From: Fistulifera solaris
Taxonomy: Eukaryota
Length of the DNA: 64,000 nt
Direction: 5' to 3'
Assembly: GCA_030295235.1 (NCBI GenBank)
Contig: AP026169.1
Location: forward strand, 310,001-374,000
Part shown: one piece after another, positions 61,261 through 64,000 of the stretch
Position numbering within the stretch: the stretch's first letter is position 1
Layout of the letters: the number at the start of each line of letters is the position of its first letter
Translations under genes and position numbers: made by a program
The notes under the pieces: model-generated
Told to the model about the DNA's origin: nothing
What the model saw: the letters and a program-made list of their open reading frames with translations, nothing else
Databases searched by the model: none

Positions 61261-64000
61261 ATGGCTTCGATGGAAAGGCTCGCAAAACCGTTTCGGCGCA
61301 AAAATCGAACTTTGAAATCACAGGATGATCTTCATATTTTCCGCTCATCGGATACGAGTTCTTCAGCAAATGTTATTGAGCGGAAAATGGTGCGAGACGA
61401 TTCTGATATTGGAAGAAATTCTCGCACTATCATCAGTGCTATGACGCCCAAATTACTTAGTCTGAAAACGGCACCCAAAAGGGGAACTCCTGGAAGAGCT
61501 CGACGAAGGAGACGAAACACGGACGACTCGGTGGATTCCAGTAGTGCTTCCACGCGTGCATCGATGATCGGACGGTTGTTCTCTCGAAAGAAAAACGGGA
61601 CACCCACGTCTTCCCGCTTTCATATAGGTCGAAGTGAATCAATCAGCAGCGGGGACGGTTCTATGGATAAGGATTTTGCTCGGGTGTCGATTGAAATGGA
61701 TGGCGTCCCCGAATTACCGCGGGGGATTCTCAAAAACTCACGCGGGCGTCAAGCTGCGAAACAGACACCGACAAAACTCAACGATCCAACACACACTCCT
61801 TATCAACTTGAGACGACTTCCGACCGGAACACGGCGGATGCCACGGAAAATGCCGAGGACGTGCAGTACGATTACGACGATACCGACCCTATGCCGCGGC
61901 GAACTCCCGGCGAACGTGCGCGCTACAGTGTTTATCATGGTCAAGTCAAGCGCAAGATGCGTGTGCGGCCGTACCATTTGTTCCCTCTCGATTTCAAAAT
62001 GACGGAAGAAGAAATCTATGCCGATAGTATGAAGCCATCGCAAAACTTTATCTTCCTTAAATCCTATCTGGCCCCGACTTCAAAGGAAGTTGAGAAGATG
62101 GATGCGCCTATAGCTGTGTCTCAGTTGTTTGGGTCACCACAAGAAGACGCACGTATTGGTGCTCTCAGGGTTGAGGTACTGGGATGCATCGCTCTGCCAC
62201 GGACAAAGCCGGATATAGCGGTGTATATGGTTTGCGGCGATGCAGCTTTCGCCTCTGACGTTCTTTCAGGCTACCGCTCACCTATCTGGCCGTCGCTTTC
62301 CAGACGAGCAGCGGTCTTTCCGCTGCACCACGCGTTTGCTCAACTTTATGTTGGAGTTTTTGATGTGCGAGCGAACAAGAATAAAGAGAATGACGTGTTT
62401 TGCGGGAGGGTTTCACTTGATATTGCTGCTTTGAGATCAGACACGGAGTACGACGTGACATTCCCTCTTCGTGCGTCTACTTTTGTTTACGATAGAAGAA
62501 AGCGAGGAGTAATTCGGTTACGATTTTCGGTTCATTGGTTTAGTGAGAGGGCTGCACTCGTTTCTTATTTCAAGAAACCAAAAAGTCTGACCTCTTGTGC
62601 GCCTTTGTATCACGGAAGTCCAACTATTCCCTGCGCAGACCCGAAGACTTTCCGCAATGTTGCTTTCACTGTATACGGCCAAGATCTTCCAGGAAAGTAT
62701 TCTCGAAATGCTTTCAAGTCAACAATGCGAGAATACACTCTCTACCAGCAGAACACAACTTTGCTGGCCCAAATGCTAGCTTTGGATGCAATTTTCTATG
62801 AGCGACCGCACATCTCTTTATATCTCTTTCTCTCTGGCATGTACTGTATTTCGTCGAATTCTATAAGTCTGGTACCCGCTGTATTTGTTGGGTACATCAT
62901 CATTTTGTTCATTGAGAACTACATGCATTACATCGACGGAACAAAATTCAATATGGGATACAGACCCCACACCTTGCAAGAAATTCTAAATGGTTTAATT
63001 GGCCATGCTTCCGGAGCTGGTGGATTTTTCGAACCGGCGCTGGTAGAGAAGAAAACGAAAAGGAAACGTGGGTACGAGTGCGACGCGAAAGACGACAAAG
63101 ACGAGGTTGAAATCGAGCCATTGGATCACCGCGAGTTTCCCTTCTCTGACCGCGATGCATATCCCAAATGGTCTGTTGAAGACGCTCTGGCACCAAGCTC
63201 AAATAAGAAAAATGGTAAGTGCATGAGCGGAAGCTTTGGTTGAATATTCTTTCTTTCATCTCAATCTCACCGCCTCGGATCTACCAACAGGAGGAAACAC
63301 GAGGCTTCACGGACGTCTGTCGGTATATTACACTGCTGCCCCACCAACAGGAGGAGACAAAGCTCGGGGCGAGGACGAGGACGATGCGAGTGAAGATAGC
63401 GAAAACGACGATGAAACTATTGACACAACAGACACCATGTTCAATCTTGATTATGACGTCGACGACGACCTTGACGAATCTGAGCACGAAACTCTGCACA
63501 ACGCTTACCAACACCAAGACAATCTTTTGAATCCAACCGTAACGAAAACTCGGTACAAACTTGGCCCGCCGCAGGACGTAGATAAAAGAGGAGCCAAGGT
63601 ACCCCCACAACTCCAGCTGCAAAAAACTGAACGAAGGATACACGACTATTCCTTCAAAATTGCGGTAGAGCCAATTTTCGCTCCTACAAATATTGAAACC
63701 GGCTTAGACGTCGGTATCACCAAAAACACTACAGTTGAAAGTCGAGAGATGATGATGTTGAACGATCAGAATTCCGCTTTGAAGAAGCGAAAAGCAGTCT
63801 ACGACGAATTCGATAAACTTCTTGGGTTGAAAAGTCGCTCTGCGAATCCATTGAATCGAATCATGTCGTCATTTCTTGGACCGCTAATGCGAATGTGCCG
63901 TATCAGTCTCTATGCATTCCGAATCTCCTACCATACCTTTAGCTGGAGAGATCCATTCTTCTCTTTCTGGTCTTGGTGGCGCTTTGCGCAGTTTGCCTTA
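61261..64000 (+). CDS. C2-domain membrane protein (intron 63215-63290); runs off the window end
   Basis: C2-like GALRVEVLGC...LYVGVFD...DVFCGRVSLDI...GVIRLRFSV followed by hydrophobic TM segments. The frame continues after the intron. Confidence 0.75.

Noticed and set aside
1..64000. tRNA, rRNA, snRNA or transposon genes
   Set aside because: No cloverleaf, rRNA-like, transposase or reverse-transcriptase motifs were recognised by eye. A covariance-model scan would be needed to exclude small RNAs.

Overview
Gene-dense eukaryotic nuclear DNA, most consistent with a diatom (probably pennate). This is an inference from the short GT-AG introns, bipartite signal-peptide/ASAFAP-like presequences, a bacterial-type hybrid histidine kinase, a plastid-type RelA/SpoT homolog and FEA1/ISIP2a-like genes. 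About 29 protein-coding genes are present, including NOL8-like RRM, GDT1, UBL5, a multi-EF-hand protein, RSH, RPL9, VIT1, a dsRBD protein, a bromodomain protein, FAM32A, a 2OG-Fe(II) oxygenase-TPR, a hybrid histidine kinase, a Ser/Thr kinase, a proteasome-alpha-like protein, a villin-headpiece protein, an ARM protein, an OTU DUB, PABP, KH-WW, Trf4/5, IQ and C2 proteins. Many genes are broken by single-base indels in homopolymer runs, most likely long-read assembly errors. The most notable feature is a tandem array of three divergent FEA1/ISIP2a (phytotransferrin)-like genes at 53.4-60.5 kb. They share an intron position but have different C-terminal anchors (one GPI-like, two transmembrane plus cytosolic tail). 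The array is preceded by a long promoter containing an ACACGTGC low-iron-type motif, G-box and CRE palindromes, and a GGTACC repeat that recurs in other intergenic regions. No RNA genes, CRISPR arrays or transposases were recognised. All family assignments come from motif recognition by eye; no searches were run.
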